Both the position numbers and the translations under genes were made by a program. A stretch of 64,000 bases of DNA. It comes from Mytilus trossulus (taxonomy: Eukaryota). The notes under the pieces were generated by a model that was not told where the DNA came from, made no database searches, and saw nothing but the letters and a program-made list of their open reading frames with translations. Below, in pieces: positions 49,006 to 62,295 of this stretch. Each line of letters starts with the position of its first letter. Position 1 is the first letter of the stretch. The stretch covers positions 17,050,001 through 17,114,000 of the forward strand of contig NC_086384.1 of assembly GCF_036588685.1 (NCBI RefSeq). Direction: 5' to 3'.

Positions 49006-49320
49006 TTCTGTCACGTATCACAGATCAACAAGTGAAATTGTTGTCTTTGTTTAGCATGTTTAGTGTAGATATTAAAGTTCAAATCTCAGCATATATTTTA
49101 AACTGGCAGAGTTAATTAATTTAATTCGAAGCATTCTAAAAATCAACTCCTGCGTTTTAAAAATCCAAATGTTTTATCCATAAGGGGGGGGGGGCAATGG
49201 GGTTTGACTGTTATGCTGTTATGGGGCAATTTAATTCTTTGTTAGGGAACAGTCATCATTTATTAGCTGAGGGGGTCGGTGCATTTTAGGGGTGGTCATT
49301 ACTAAAAATTTCACACAGCT

Positions 49321-49351
<31 letters not shown>

Positions 49352-51629
49352 GCCATCAAAATAAATATTTTACTGGGTGAAATTGTTTAGGACATTAAAG
49401 TAAGCGTGCAATCTCTTAGATGATTTCTGTCATTTTCAAATCTTTGATACCGTACAGCACCAGCAGGATGACCAATCTCTCAAGGGTAGTATATATAATC
49501 ACTCATTTGTTATGGTTCATTATTCATAGGATGTGAACATTTACCAACTGACTTTAATATCTTAAATTCTTCAGATTAACAAGTTAACTGTATTAAACAT
49601 GAAAAGTCTCTGGATATGCAGTGGGGCATGTATATTTCAACTTTCTAAAGTGTTGAAATCATATTAATGATATTTCTTAGGATAGATGGAGAACTGTAAA
49701 AGGTGTGTGTATTCTAAAATCATTATAAATATGTATAATTAATTTGTTGAATTATTACAAAGTTATCGATTAAAAAAGAATATTTAATGTTTCAATTAAC
49801 AATTTCAAACTTGACAAATACAGGAGAAACAATCCATACACTCTGGTAAAAAAAAACAGGTGAGGAGTTGCCATCATCCTCAACAAATTAGCCAAACAAT
49901 AACGTATTGAGTACAATCCAGTCATTGAAAGAATAATAACAGTTAGACTGAATACGAAACCTTTGTTTTATGATATAAAGTGATGTAAAAATTCATGAAA
50001 ACTACATTTAGTCTATATGTGTCTATTAAAAATTAAAATAACTCTATTAAGTAATTTTATTATTTTTAGAAACAAAAATTACTTATGTAAGTAACTTAAA
50101 AAAATAACTTGTTTAAGGAACGCCCCTGACTGATTAAGGGTCTTTCATTGCGTTGGCATTCACACACACAAAATAATACACTTGGAGATTTTATAAAACA
50201 TTTCCACATTGAAATGAAATTGAATTTTATTATAATTATCAACCTGTAGATATAGAAATATATATAAGCTTCGAAATAAAGCAAGATCATATATGAATCA
50301 GGAAGGACCAGAACCATAAATTGCACTTCCTAGTATGATTTTATCATTTATCAGTTATATATGTTTTATGTTTTTATTTATGATAATTTGTATTTGCATA
50401 TATATAATATTTGTACTGATGAGCATCATTTGCTCAAAGTAATAAAGAATTGAATTGATTAGAAAATTAAACTCCACAAAACACTTATAAAACTTTAAAA
50501 TTTTAATCAAACTTAAATGAATTGAGATCTTTTGATTCAGTCTGTATACAAATGGTCAAGTTAAATAACAATCTATATTTTTTCATTAAATGCCTATTTT
50601 GTCCATTTATCTTCTTGCATGTGTCAAATATTCATATTTCAGAAAAAAACCAAAAAAAATTCGATGTGATATTTCATGTATTCAGGGTGTTCTCAAAGCA
50701 GAATAAAACTGAAAAATATCATGAACCAAAATCAGTTCCATCAGCTTCAAAACTAAGAACATGGGAGGTCATGATGAAACTCAAGGCGATATAATATTCA
50801 TCTTACAGTATATGTGCTTAATTTATCCAATCGAAAAATATTTGAAAATATTTAGAGACTATCACTTACTAATTAATACATTCATTTATGCCTAGTATGT
50901 CCAGCTTGTGTTTTTTCATTTTTCTTAAGATGATGGCTTGTTTTCAAAAAGTCTCTTTTAAATTTGATGCTAGCATTAAAGATACCTTGCGTGTGAATAG
51001 CTTCCAGTTGGCTTTTCACTATTTCATTCATATGCGCAGAATTCTGCTGGTATTCTGATATTACGAGACAATGTGTTTTTTTTTTCGTATCGTTGTTTCC
51101 GTAATCAAAAGCTGTTCGTCGAGTAGTGGAGACTTAACCCTAGCTCAACTTCCAACATGTTTGAGAATGGTTATTTTTTTTTATGGTTTTCCACGATAGA
51201 TGCCTTCCAAGGCTAACGAGTTTGAACTATCCGTTGAATGCATTTTCGAGTTTTCTTCTCTTAGAAAAAAATGCCGTAACCATGGTGGAACCCTCTTCTT
51301 ATTTAGATTAGATCCACTGCATTTAATTTAATATTAACTCTTTATCTGACATTTAGACATAAGTACGCCTCAGTATTTAAAATCTGTGTTTAGTATCATG
51401 CAGCATGCTCATTTAACTAAAATTCAATGAACACATAATTGTTCACATCATTTTAACATGACTAGGATTTCCAGTGTGTGAATTCTTTTTAAATATTCTC
51501 TGGAAGCCATAACATTACATATATAAACAAGTGTATTATATAAATGATTACTTAGATAGTCAAAAACAACTGTACATATGTACAACCTTGTGTAATCAGT
51601 TTTTCAATAAAACTGTTATCAAGTCACTT

Positions 51630-51862
51630 AAACGGATGCCACATGTGGAGCTAAATCTGCTTACCCTTCCGGAGCACCTGATATCCCCCCCCCCCCCCAG
51701 TTTTTGGAGAAGTTCGTGTTGCTAAGTCTTTAGTTTTCTATGTTGTGTAATGTGTATTATTTTTTTTTCTGTTTGTATTTTTCATTTTCAACAAAGGCGT
51801 TGTCAGTTAATATTCGATCTATGAGTTTGACTGTCCCTCTGGTATCTTTCGCCCCTCTTTTA
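51630..51862 (+). repeat. Short interspersed repeat (tail related to 10665-10780, - strand)
   Basis: cttacccttccggagcacctga...gactgtccctctggtatctttcgcccctctttt; tail is the reverse complement of aaagagggacaaaagataccagagggacagtc. Confidence 0.6.
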
Positions 51863-53105
51863 AAAGCAAATTTGGCAAAAAAAACAACCTTAAGCTTGGA
51901 ACTAGGAGGAGACTATCTTTTTTCAATTATTGCGTTTTTTTGTATGGACTTTTAAAACTAATTCATAAATACTTTTAAAAAAAGTCAGAGTTACCTCACT
52001 TTGCATGTGTTTTTTTTTTAACTTTTTAAAAGCGAAATTTTCAATTATTACATTATTCGAAAATCTCAAAATGAAACAACAATCTGGTAAAGTTTATATG
52101 CTATCATTTATATCATTAGTTCTCATACAAAATAATTTAGTAATGAGCCTTGTCCTCGAAAAAATAGAAGTAATGGTTGGTTCAGTACTGATACCATATG
52201 TGGCATAAATTAACTTAGTGATACAAAGCGTCTATAAATATTGTTGTTTTTTGTCCTTTATGTTACGTTTTTCATTTAAGCAAGTAGTCAAAAGGTAAGA
52301 TACACAATTATTTATTTTGAGTTTTATTAAATACTAAAATATAAAATGCTTATTACTAAATTATTCACATTTAGAACATACAAATTCATTTAGCCTTGTT
52401 TCAATTGATTTTTTATTATTTCAACAAATGTTGTATCATACAAATTTTATTTTATATATGGAATCGGAAGAATTTGATAAAACGAGATATATATATATTG
52501 CAAAGAAATGTAATTGACACGAAGGAGCTATAATTTAACACTACAAGGACCTTTTTTTTATCGTCTGGTATCTAATTGTAACAAAAGCTAAGTTTAATCA
52601 TGATTTATAGAGTTCATAACTGTATACATTTCTTTCATCGCACTTCATTATATTTTTGTAATGAATAATGCACAATAAATGCAATCAAAGTCATAGCAAT
52701 ATAATTGTAAAGCCTTATCATGCAATAAACATCGATGCTTTAATGTTATATGATATATCAATATAACTTATTGTTGATGTACCGCTTACTTGCAAGGTTG
52801 CCAAAAAAATTGGAATCATATAAAAAAAGGTTTTGATTTCCAATCATTGTTTATGACTTTAAGGACCGGATTGATCTTGGTTTGCTATTTTTTCACAATT
52901 GTATCATAAAAACAATTCATACAATCATAAATTCAAATCTCTGCAAATCAATTTTAAAATATTTAGTGTGAACTTTGTTATTCAATTTCATATTTTTCAG
53001 TTTTTCTAGCAATAGTAAATTGTTTAAAATAAAGCAGTATTTGTATATTTGAAATGTTTTTATTTGGGAATATGGGAATATCAAAACCTCTAAAAACTTT
53101 TTTAA

Positions 53106-53378
53106 GTCGGTACCTAACACTACAGGGAGATAACTCTGTAAAATCAGCATAACGTTTTAATTACATTGTGTATTAAAGCGAATATTAAGCTTCTCAATGA
53201 TCAAAAATGGAGTTGGTCAAACTACTATATAACAAGTGTATTTTTTTTGACAAAATAGTTGGTTCAAAATTATTAAAATTTATATATTTTTGATTAAAGG
53301 TCAAAGTAAATATTTTGACAAAATTTTATGAAAATTAAACGATCTAAACTAATTTTAATGAAAGTGTTGGGTACCACC
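53106..53378. mobile_element. MITE with TTAA target-site duplication (Kolobok/piggyBac-type target)
   Basis: ttaa/gtcggtacctaacact ... agtgttgggtaccacc/ttaa; the paralogous empty site is at about 41950. Confidence 0.75.
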
Positions 53379-53599
53379 TTAAATAGTTTCAAAGTATCTA
53401 CCTATATCAGCCAGATATACGATAAATAACTCATCATAAATACCATGGTTAAACTTTTCGCGTTTCGTCTAAAATGGCTCATCAGTGATTATAATCATTA
53501 GGTATTCTTTTTATAGTTGGTTCATTGCCAACCATGCCATATCCCTTCAATACAAGTATGAGTGCCCGACTAAAACAGACTATGAGGATTGTAAACTAT

Positions 53600-55040
53600 T
53601 CATTCAATTCAATTCAAAGCTTTATTTATAGTCGGCATGTCACATAGCAAATAAACGTAAGCTCTCTGAGCTTTTATAACCGACAAATGCATATATTCAC
53701 ATAACAATCATACACAATACAAATATTAAAACATAAAAGACATACAACATACATTTCATGCACATTTAGGTTGCACTATTTAAATACTATATTATACACA
53801 TGCATAAGCACCAAAAGCAAACATAAAAACTAAAGCACAGCATTCACAAATTATAAAAAGCTGAGCAAACATTCACAAGAAGCAGCACTATTATATTTCA
53901 AGCTGTAACATAAAATAAATAAAACTAAGCACATGCATTGCAATGGCATGAGTTGCCATTCCATGAGTTTATTAGACACTTGAATTGGGTAAAAGATGTT
54001 TCAGTTCTAAAGTGGTTTGGCAACTCATTCTATAGTTTGGCAGCAGAATATCTGAAAGATTTCAAGCCATACCTTGTTCTTACGTCAGGTATTTCAGCTA
54101 AATTTTGGTATCTGAAAGAATATTTAGTTTTTTTAATATTTATAAGGTCATGGAGGTACACTGGATTTTCATGATTGACTGTTCTAAAGACCATTATTGC
54201 CATGGTTCTTAGGCGTCTTACTTTAAGTGATGGCATTTTTGATTTTAAAAGTAAGTCTTCGTATGTGCTATTGTGATTCTGGTAAATGAAGCGAAGTGCG
54301 CTTTCTTGTTCTTATTCAATTTTTGTAGTGTTGGCCTCGCTGCAGAAATGCCAGGACAATGAGCAGAAATTAAAGTTTGACATGATAAAGGAGTGATATA
54401 TTGTTAATTTTCCAAGTTTGTTTAAGTATTTCCAAGACTTTTTAATACATTTAGTTGTCTGGATGCTTTTTTGCAGATGTTTGATATATGCGTGTTGCAA
54501 TTTAGTTCAAAGTCAATGGTGATGCCTAATAGTTTGACCTCTTCTTCACATTTTATTTTGTTACCTGCTAGATCAAATGTAATGTTTTTGCCCATTGTTT
54601 TTTTGCCAATTGCCAATGCTTGAAATTTTTCAGGGTTTGCCTTCATTTGATTGGAAGAAAACCATTCTATCAGAGCCAAACTGTCTTTTTCAAGTGTGGA
54701 GATGACGATGTCTATATCTCTATTTGCATAAGATAATGTGTTGTCATCAGCATAATTGTAAAGTGAACTGTTTGTAGTGAAGTGAAATATGTCATTAATG
54801 AAAATGTTAAACAGTATAGGACCTAGAATAGAACCTTGTGGTAATCATTTGTATATGTTTTGCTAATTGCTCAGACTAGAGCCAACTCGAACACATTGTT
54901 TCCTGTTAGATAAGTAACTTTTAATGAGTTTTAATAAGGAAGTTGAAAGACCATATGCTTCAAGCTTAAGCAGTAGAAGATCGTGAGGGAGACAATCGAA
55001 AGCCTTAGAAAGATCCATTAGAATTGAGCCAAAAAACTTA
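53600..55040 (-). mobile_element. 5'-truncated CR1/L2-like LINE; RT pseudogene with stops and frameshifts
   Basis: Minus strand motifs ILMDLSKAFDCLPHDLLL, PQGSILGP, YNYADDNTL, NQMKANPEKFQ, VKLLGITID; 3' tail (TTGAA)n; empty paralogous site at about 15455. Confidence 0.9.
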
Positions 55041-58000
55041 TTTATTAAACTTATTGCAGTTTATGTTTGGAATATGCTAATATAATGTTGAAATCGAATT
55101 TTTAATAAAAAGAGTAATAATAAGTATATTTTCTCCCTGAGAGACATATATCAGAAAAAAAAACTTATTTAACAACAACGACATACATGTTTAACATTAA
55201 AAGTCTGATTAACAGCAATCTAATGAAATATATTTACATAGTATGCTTATAATCTAATCAAGTTATAGTATTTTGAATTGTGAATTAAGATGTAGTAATG
55301 TAGTCTATATAGTGTGCTATAAGGGTAATTTTGTAATAATCTGAACAATTTTTAAAATAAAAATATATCCCAAGTTTTTTTCTTTGTGTATAGTTGAATT
55401 GTACTCCTTAACATATGTGATAACTCTTAACATGTTTTTAATTAATATATTTACCTCTTTCCTCTACTCATTTGTTTTGCTTCTCCAGGTTGATTGAAAC
55501 CATGTACCTAACCATACTGACAAAGTAAACGGTCTCTCTCGTTTTAGAGCTATCTATTATAAAATCTGTTTAATATACGTATCATGTGTCCAAGCTTTAA
55601 CAAGATTATAAATATTAACACGTGCCGTTCTACTTTCTATTCATGATTATTTTATCTTTTTCTGACTAATACACACTATCAACAAATTCATTGACTGATG
55701 AAATAATCCTAGCTCAATTGCCTGATCCGTGTTAGCATATCATAGAGACATGATCTGTATTTAAAATTAAAATTAAGAATGGAAATGGGAAATGTGTCAA
55801 AAAGACAACAACCCGACCAAAGAGAAGCCAAAAGTCTAAAGCCACTAATGGGTCTTCATTACATGCTCTTGATTTTTGTTTTCGCTACATTATAAGAAAC
55901 AAACATTTTTCTATATATATATAAAAAAAAAGCCCTGCATTAACGTACCAACAGATGCTGCTGACATGTTTCTAGAGGTATGTACTTCATTTTGATGGTA
56001 TTTGAAACATGCTACACAAACATGGATTTGAATTAGTCCCTTTTGTCAGTTGGAGGACATTGAGTTCTTCCGTGATTTTTTAGCGCGGTTAGTGCTCCTC
56101 GATTGTTAGTTTTCTATATATTGTTGATTGTCATATTTTTTTAAACACAAACATACAATACTTAAGTATCTTCTTCTTTAGTTTGTATATTCCACCAGTA
56201 TATTGGTGCACCCCACAGTGGGTAAATTTTCATTAATGCAATGTATCGTCACATTAGAGGATAATCTTATCAATAAGTATTTACATAGAAAAATCGAATG
56301 TTAACATTTGAATTCAGGGCCTAAGAAATTATGTACACTCTTGATGTTTCTGAGTATATAATAAATGGTATGAGTTTATGATAACTGTTCTGATTTTATA
56401 ATCAGTGTTCTGAGTTTATAATCAATAATCTTCCACAATAAGCGAGAAGCAAAGTTTTCTTGAGCAATCCTATATTCCAATAAGTATCATGGTATATATG
56501 ACAAATCATATCCAGACTGTTATATATTATGCAAATTGGGAATAACATAAATGTGATATGCATTAAGATATGTGTTATACATATCAACTGTAAATGTAAA
56601 CTAATAGTTTCCAAGTTATTTGAATATCTACCACAATTATTCTTCCAGACCTTTTACGATGGATTAAATACAGACATAAATACACGAATACACAGAGCAA
56701 AATTTGCCACTCTTTATAATAAGACTGATTGTATTTATCCAGGAGATAACACATGGGTATTTATATATATAATGAAAGTATACATATTTTTCAAATTAGA
56801 TTTCCTGGTCTTATTCATTAGTTTCTTGAACAACGATATATTTAAGAGAGCTACATACTTTGTATTAATACATTTGTTTCTTTTTAATTGTATTTCTCTA
56901 AACCTCAGAATATAATGAAACTCATCTGTTTAATAATATTACTCACGTCTATATACTAACGTTTTTATTCTGAGCGTTAGTGAGAAATAAAATTAAAGAA
57001 AATGATAAAGTCGTCTATATACTATACGTTTGTTATCCTGAGGGTTAGCGAGGGATGAAATTAACGAAAATGAAAGTCCAAGCCATGTGTTAATTTACAA
57101 CAGATATATTGGTTGCATGAATTATTTCTTCAATCATATATGCAATACTAAAGTATCATTGTATTTAAGACAACGCAAATCGAGACCTTTCTATTCATAT
57201 GCGTACTGGATGGAAATTGTACAGTTCATAAATGTGATGTGTATTAAGATCAATGTCATACGTTTTCTATGTGGCAGTTGTATATGAAATATAAAAAAAA
57301 AATATATACATAAATGTCTATAATTTATTCTTCTTTCAGCCATAAAAAAACATAACAAAAAAACAATAAAACTCTAATAATGCCACTATTCATTTGTATA
57401 CAGCTTGGTTCAAGCCCGGAGAGTACACATTGGATTTCATATATATATTGAAGGTAAAAACATTTTTCAATCTTCTAGGTCCTATTCATTGAAAATCGAT
57501 ATGTTTTAGCGAACTACACTGTTGTTTTGCCAAGATATTTGTTTATTTTTATTGGCATATCTTAACACCGCAGAATATAATGAAAATTATCTTTTGAATC
57601 ACACTTACAAGTTCGTCTATTTTCAAACGTGTGGGGTTTATCATAGGTTATATTTAATCAAAATATGAATTTGTCATAACACTTCAACGTTATCTTGAAA
57701 AAATATTTCAAAAATTAAAATGTACAGGTTTTTTTATCTTTTTACTTTATTTATCTGTTGTTCGCAGAATATTACATCTCTCGTAACTTAACATTGCAAC
57801 GGTGTTTTACAGTTTAAATTGGCGTATAAATATCGTATTGTGTTGAAAAAAACAAAAAATATGTGTAGTTTGGTTCTGCTGCTTAATTTGAGGGTTTTTT
57901 TGTAATGCATTTTTCTGTCTTTTTGACTGCGTGTGTTTTTACACGCATTCTGTTTGTTGTTGAAAGATTAATAAATCGATTTAATAGTTAACCTGTTTTA

Positions 58001-58738
58001 GCTAGGGTTCTTCAACCTATGCCAACATTTGAAAAATATATACTGAAACTATGCCTACAAACAAAATCCAATAGCCGCCCCTTCCTACAAAAAACTTGTG
58101 GGTTTCCGACATGCAAACACTCATAAATGCGCCACAAGTATGGACTCTCATTTTTTTAAATACCATTTCGTATTTAAAAAGGAAATTATAAAAGGCAACA
58201 CTCTATCTTTTGTATTTGCTAACAAAAATTCTTATACTTACAGGTTGTTTTTTATTCTGCTACGGCATACATGGCATATCTTATCGTAAATAACTTATGG
58301 TGATTATTTTGAAACTATGACTATAAAGGTCACCTTAGAAATAAAGCAATCTTTCAATTTTATTTGACTGAAATGCAGCATAATATGATATATACAAATA
58401 ATATGATGAGGATAATATAAATATAAAAAATCACTCTCAATGAATGCTATATTTACTGCAAAAGCAAAATAAACTATCTGTTCATTGAAGTTGAATAACT
58501 GGGATCTGTTGTTTGACTTGTCAAATGATTTACTCTAACGCATAGTTAAATAATAATCATTTGATTAGCTAACGAAATGATAATCTGTTGCTGAGTATAT
58601 TTTAATCATTGCATTAACTAAGCGCGTTTTTTTTAAACTTTTAATCACTTGTTTAAGCTAAGAATTAACACCCATAATGCAAATTTCCCCTTAATGCACT
58701 TGAGCAAGCACCTTAACCTCTTGCCAACTGCATACACA

Positions 58739-59161
58739 ATGGAGAATATATCAAACCTAAAGAAGCTGCCAAGACTGAGTAAAACCAACTTTTCCCAGTT
58801 GGAAGAAAACATCCTGCAAACAGAGGTGGAAATATTATACTGTAATCAAAGAAAAACACAGTACCAGTACAACTAACCTGGAAAAAATAGCGTATGGAAC
58901 AGCATAACCAACAAGATAAATGCTCTTGGTGTTGCCAACAGTACCCAGAAGGAGGCGAGGGACAAATGGAGGAACTTAACAGTAAATGCTAAGTCGGTCT
59001 CCATAGATCATAGGAGAGAGATAAATAAAACAGGTGGAGGTCCAGCCCAACGAAACCATCTTCACGTGTTGAAAGGGTTGTCAACATGCTACATGATACA
59101 ACAAGCTTTTCTGGAATACAGGGAGGAATTGAAACTGCAAGCTTTAAATGCTTTCCTGCAG
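58739..59161 (+). pseudogene. Myb/SANT-like DNA-binding protein of Harbinger (frameshifted)
   Basis: KTNFSQLEENIL..V; KNSVWNSITNKINALGVANSTQKEARDKWRNL..AK..KTGGGP; GIQGGIET; ends at donor CAG/gtatg. Confidence 0.82.
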
Positions 59162-59909
59162 GTATGTTTTTGATCCTATTTTATTTATTTTATTGAAATC
59201 AACCTCTAATATAAAAAAGAATATATGGTATGATTGCCAATGAGACAACTATCCACAAAAGACCAATATGACACAAACATTAACAATTATAGGTTACCGT
59301 ACGGCCTTCAACAGTGATCAAAGCCCATACCGCATATAGTCAGCTATAAAAGGCCCCGATTAGACAATGTAAAACAATTCAAGCGAGAAAACTAACGGCC
59401 TTATTTATGTAAAAAAATGAGCGAAAAACAAATATGTAACACATAAACAAACGACAACCACTGAATTACAGGCTCCTGATATCTTTTTAAGATTACATTT
59501 CCTCTAAAAAGAAACTTAAAATGTATGAGACCGACTTTCTCCGACTATCGTCTGCTCTCCCTTTCTGTGAAATTCCTTTTGATACTTTGCTAAAAATAGA
59601 ATCCAACAATAAATATGTACTACAACGCTAATGACTTATGTGCAGGAAAGAATGCACAACAAAATAAAACAGCACAGTGAAATTTTAAGGTTGTAAACCT
59701 TTTACTATCTACATATTGATAATCTATATATTAAGCAATATATCAACGAATCGAAACAATTGATTATATCCATTGAAAATTTAGGAAAATATAAAATGAT
59801 TGTTTTAATATAAAAACATTTTTTTTTTATATTACATTCTGGAAAACATGTTCGCCTCCCCACAACAGAAAAACCATTAGCAACAATACTTTTCCCATAC
59901 AAATTAAAA

Positions 59910-61200
59910 CTAGAGGCTCTAAAGAGCCTGTGTCGCTCACCTTGGTATATGTGAATTAAACAAAGGAAGCAGACAGTTCATGACATAATTGTGTTTAGGT
60001 GATTGTGATGTGTTTGTACATCTTACTTTACTGAACATTCTTGCTGCTTACAATTAACTCTATCTATAATGAAGTTGTCCATGTAGTTTCAGTGGACAAT
60101 GTTAGTAAAAATTTACAAATTTTATGAAAATTGTTAAAAATTGATTATATGGGACAATAACTTTTTAGGGGGTCAATTGACCATTTTGGTCATTTGACTT
60201 ATTTTTTAGTCTTAAATTGCTGAACATTATTGCTCTCTACAGTTTATCTCTATCTATAATAATATTCAAGATAATAACCCAAAAACAGCAAAATTTCCTT
60301 AAAATTACCAATTTAGGGGCAGCAAACTAACAACGAGTTGTCCAATTCATCTAAAAATTTCAGGGCAGATAGATCTTGACCAGATGAAAAATTTAACCTC
60401 ATGTCAGACTTGCTCTAAATGCTTTGGTTTTTGAGTTATAAGCCAAAAACTGCATTTTACCCCTATGTTCTATTTATAGCCGTAGTGGCCATCTTGGTTG
60501 GTTTGCCAGGTCACAAAACACAATTTTTAAACAATACACCCTAATTATGGTTCTGGCTATGTTTGGTAAAATTAGGCCCAGTAGTTTCAGAGGAGAAGAT
60601 TTTTGTAAAAGTTAACTAAGATTTACAAAAAATGGTTAAAAATTGACTATAAAAGGCAATTACTCCTAAAGGGGTCAACTGACCATTTTGGTCATGTTGA
60701 CTTATTTGTTAATCTTACTTTGCTGAACATTATTGCTGTTTACAATTTATCTCTATCTATAATAATATTCAAGATAATAACCAAAAACAGTAATATTTCC
60801 TTGAAATTACCAATTTAGGAGCAGCAACCCAACAATGGGTTGTCTGATTCATCTGAAATTTCAGGGCAGATTGATCTTCACCTGATAAACAATTTTACCC
60901 CATGTCAGATTTGCTCTAAATGCTTTGGTTTTTGAGTTATAAGCCAAAAACTGCATTTTACCCATATGTTCTATTTTTAGCCATGGCGGCCATCTTGGTT
61001 GGTTGGCTGGATCAAAAAACACAAATTGTAAACTAAATACATCAATGATGATTGAGGCCAAGTTTGGTTTAATTTGGCCTAGTAGTTTCAGAGGAGAAGA
61101 TTTTTGTAAAGGTTAACGCCGGACGACGGACCACGACGGACGACGGACGCCAAGTGATGAGAAAAGCTCACTTGGCCCTTCGGGCCCGTCGAGCTAAAAA
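59910..61200 (+). mobile_element. Helentron-associated (HINE-like) non-autonomous element nested in the Harbinger
   Basis: 5' hairpin aggctctaaagagcct; ~500 bp internal tandem units (60128, 60631); (gacg/gac) microsatellite; 3' hairpin ggcccttcgggcc; A-run flanks. Confidence 0.7.
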
Positions 61201-61629
61201 AACCAACCATGATAATTTTGATAAGCAACATTAAATTGAGACTACATACTTATAATTTTAAATTTTGATATAAAACATAAATCTACAAAACACTTTAAGA
61301 AAATTAGACTAAGCAAAAGTAACACAAATAAGTTCTTGGTTTTTAACTCTCCTGCTCCACACATGTTACACTTATAAAATTTGTATTTTTATTGTTTTCA
61401 ACTCATTGATATTTTCAGCAAATGAGGAAATCCGACGATAATGAAATTGAAAATACTATTATAGAAATACATAACTTGAGATGTTTTCATTATCACGAAT
61501 ATTTTCATGTTTAATTTTTCATAGTATTATTATTTGTATGTAACATTTCCAGAAAGGACAATGACTGCCCCCATTAATAAATACATTCAATAATTTCAGA
61601 ATTTACAGTATATGTATGTACAACTAAAT

Positions 61630-62040
61630 TATGGTTCCATCGACACATTGGGGAAGCCTGCTTTTTCAAAGAAACCATTTTAGTTGCACTCCATTTATCC
61701 GGCATACAAGGCCATTTGATGAACTATAATAAATGCTCCAGTAAATTTGGTTAAAACCGTCGACACAGTAGCTTTGTCATGGCCCATAGTGTCACCTATA
61801 ACGTGAAGATGTGAGCAACTGGAAGAAACACTCCTCAACACCCAGTACTGTGCACCTTGAAGTTGTGCTTTATAGATCATCTCTGAGCAAGTCTGAAATG
61901 TATTCAATGCTCTCTTTTCCAAACCTAAATCTAAGGCGCAACTGCTCATCCGAAAAATTCATTTGTAGAGGGTCTTGACTCCTAAAATCTCTCTCTTTTC
62001 TAGGCAAAGGTTCTAAATGCCATTGGACAACATCCACCAT
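61630..62040 (-). pseudogene. HARBI1-like Harbinger transposase N-terminal relic
   Basis: MVDVV..FSDEQLRLRFRFGKESIEYISDLLRDDL*; HVIGDTMGHDKATVS; FIKWP; FFEKAGFPN..VDGT (first catalytic Asp region), then deleted. Confidence 0.82.
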
Positions 62041-62295
62041 GTTGAATTTAATGAGTTGATTAATATTAAACGCAACAATTGTAGATGTTTTAGTTGAATT
62101 ACAATTTAATCAAGTTATTAAAGTTAATCACAAGTTGAACAACAAACTAATCGCTTGATTAAATTTAATCACATGATAAAAAAAAATTTAACGCAGTGTT
62201 ACAAACAAGTCAAACAACGGACCCCTGGTGTGTTAATAGAAGAACAACGGTGAATGAATGCTACAACTTGTTAGTTACTGCATAGTGTTCAAATG

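Larger units (their letters stand above)
58502..62224. mobile_element. Decayed PIF/Harbinger DNA transposon
   Basis: TIR gg(a/g)tc(t/c)gttgtttgacttgt at both ends; CTG target duplication at 58499-58501 and 62225-62227; contains Myb/SANT and transposase relics. Confidence 0.88.

Noticed and set aside
49321-49348. Poly-G (and poly-C at 13020-13038) as regulatory G-quadruplex
   Set aside because: Simple homopolymers in repeat-like context with no supporting conservation.
51632-51722. Structured repeat head (GCACCUGA...) as another ribozyme
   Set aside because: Could not fit a hammerhead, twister, pistol or HDV core, and only one good copy is available for comparison.
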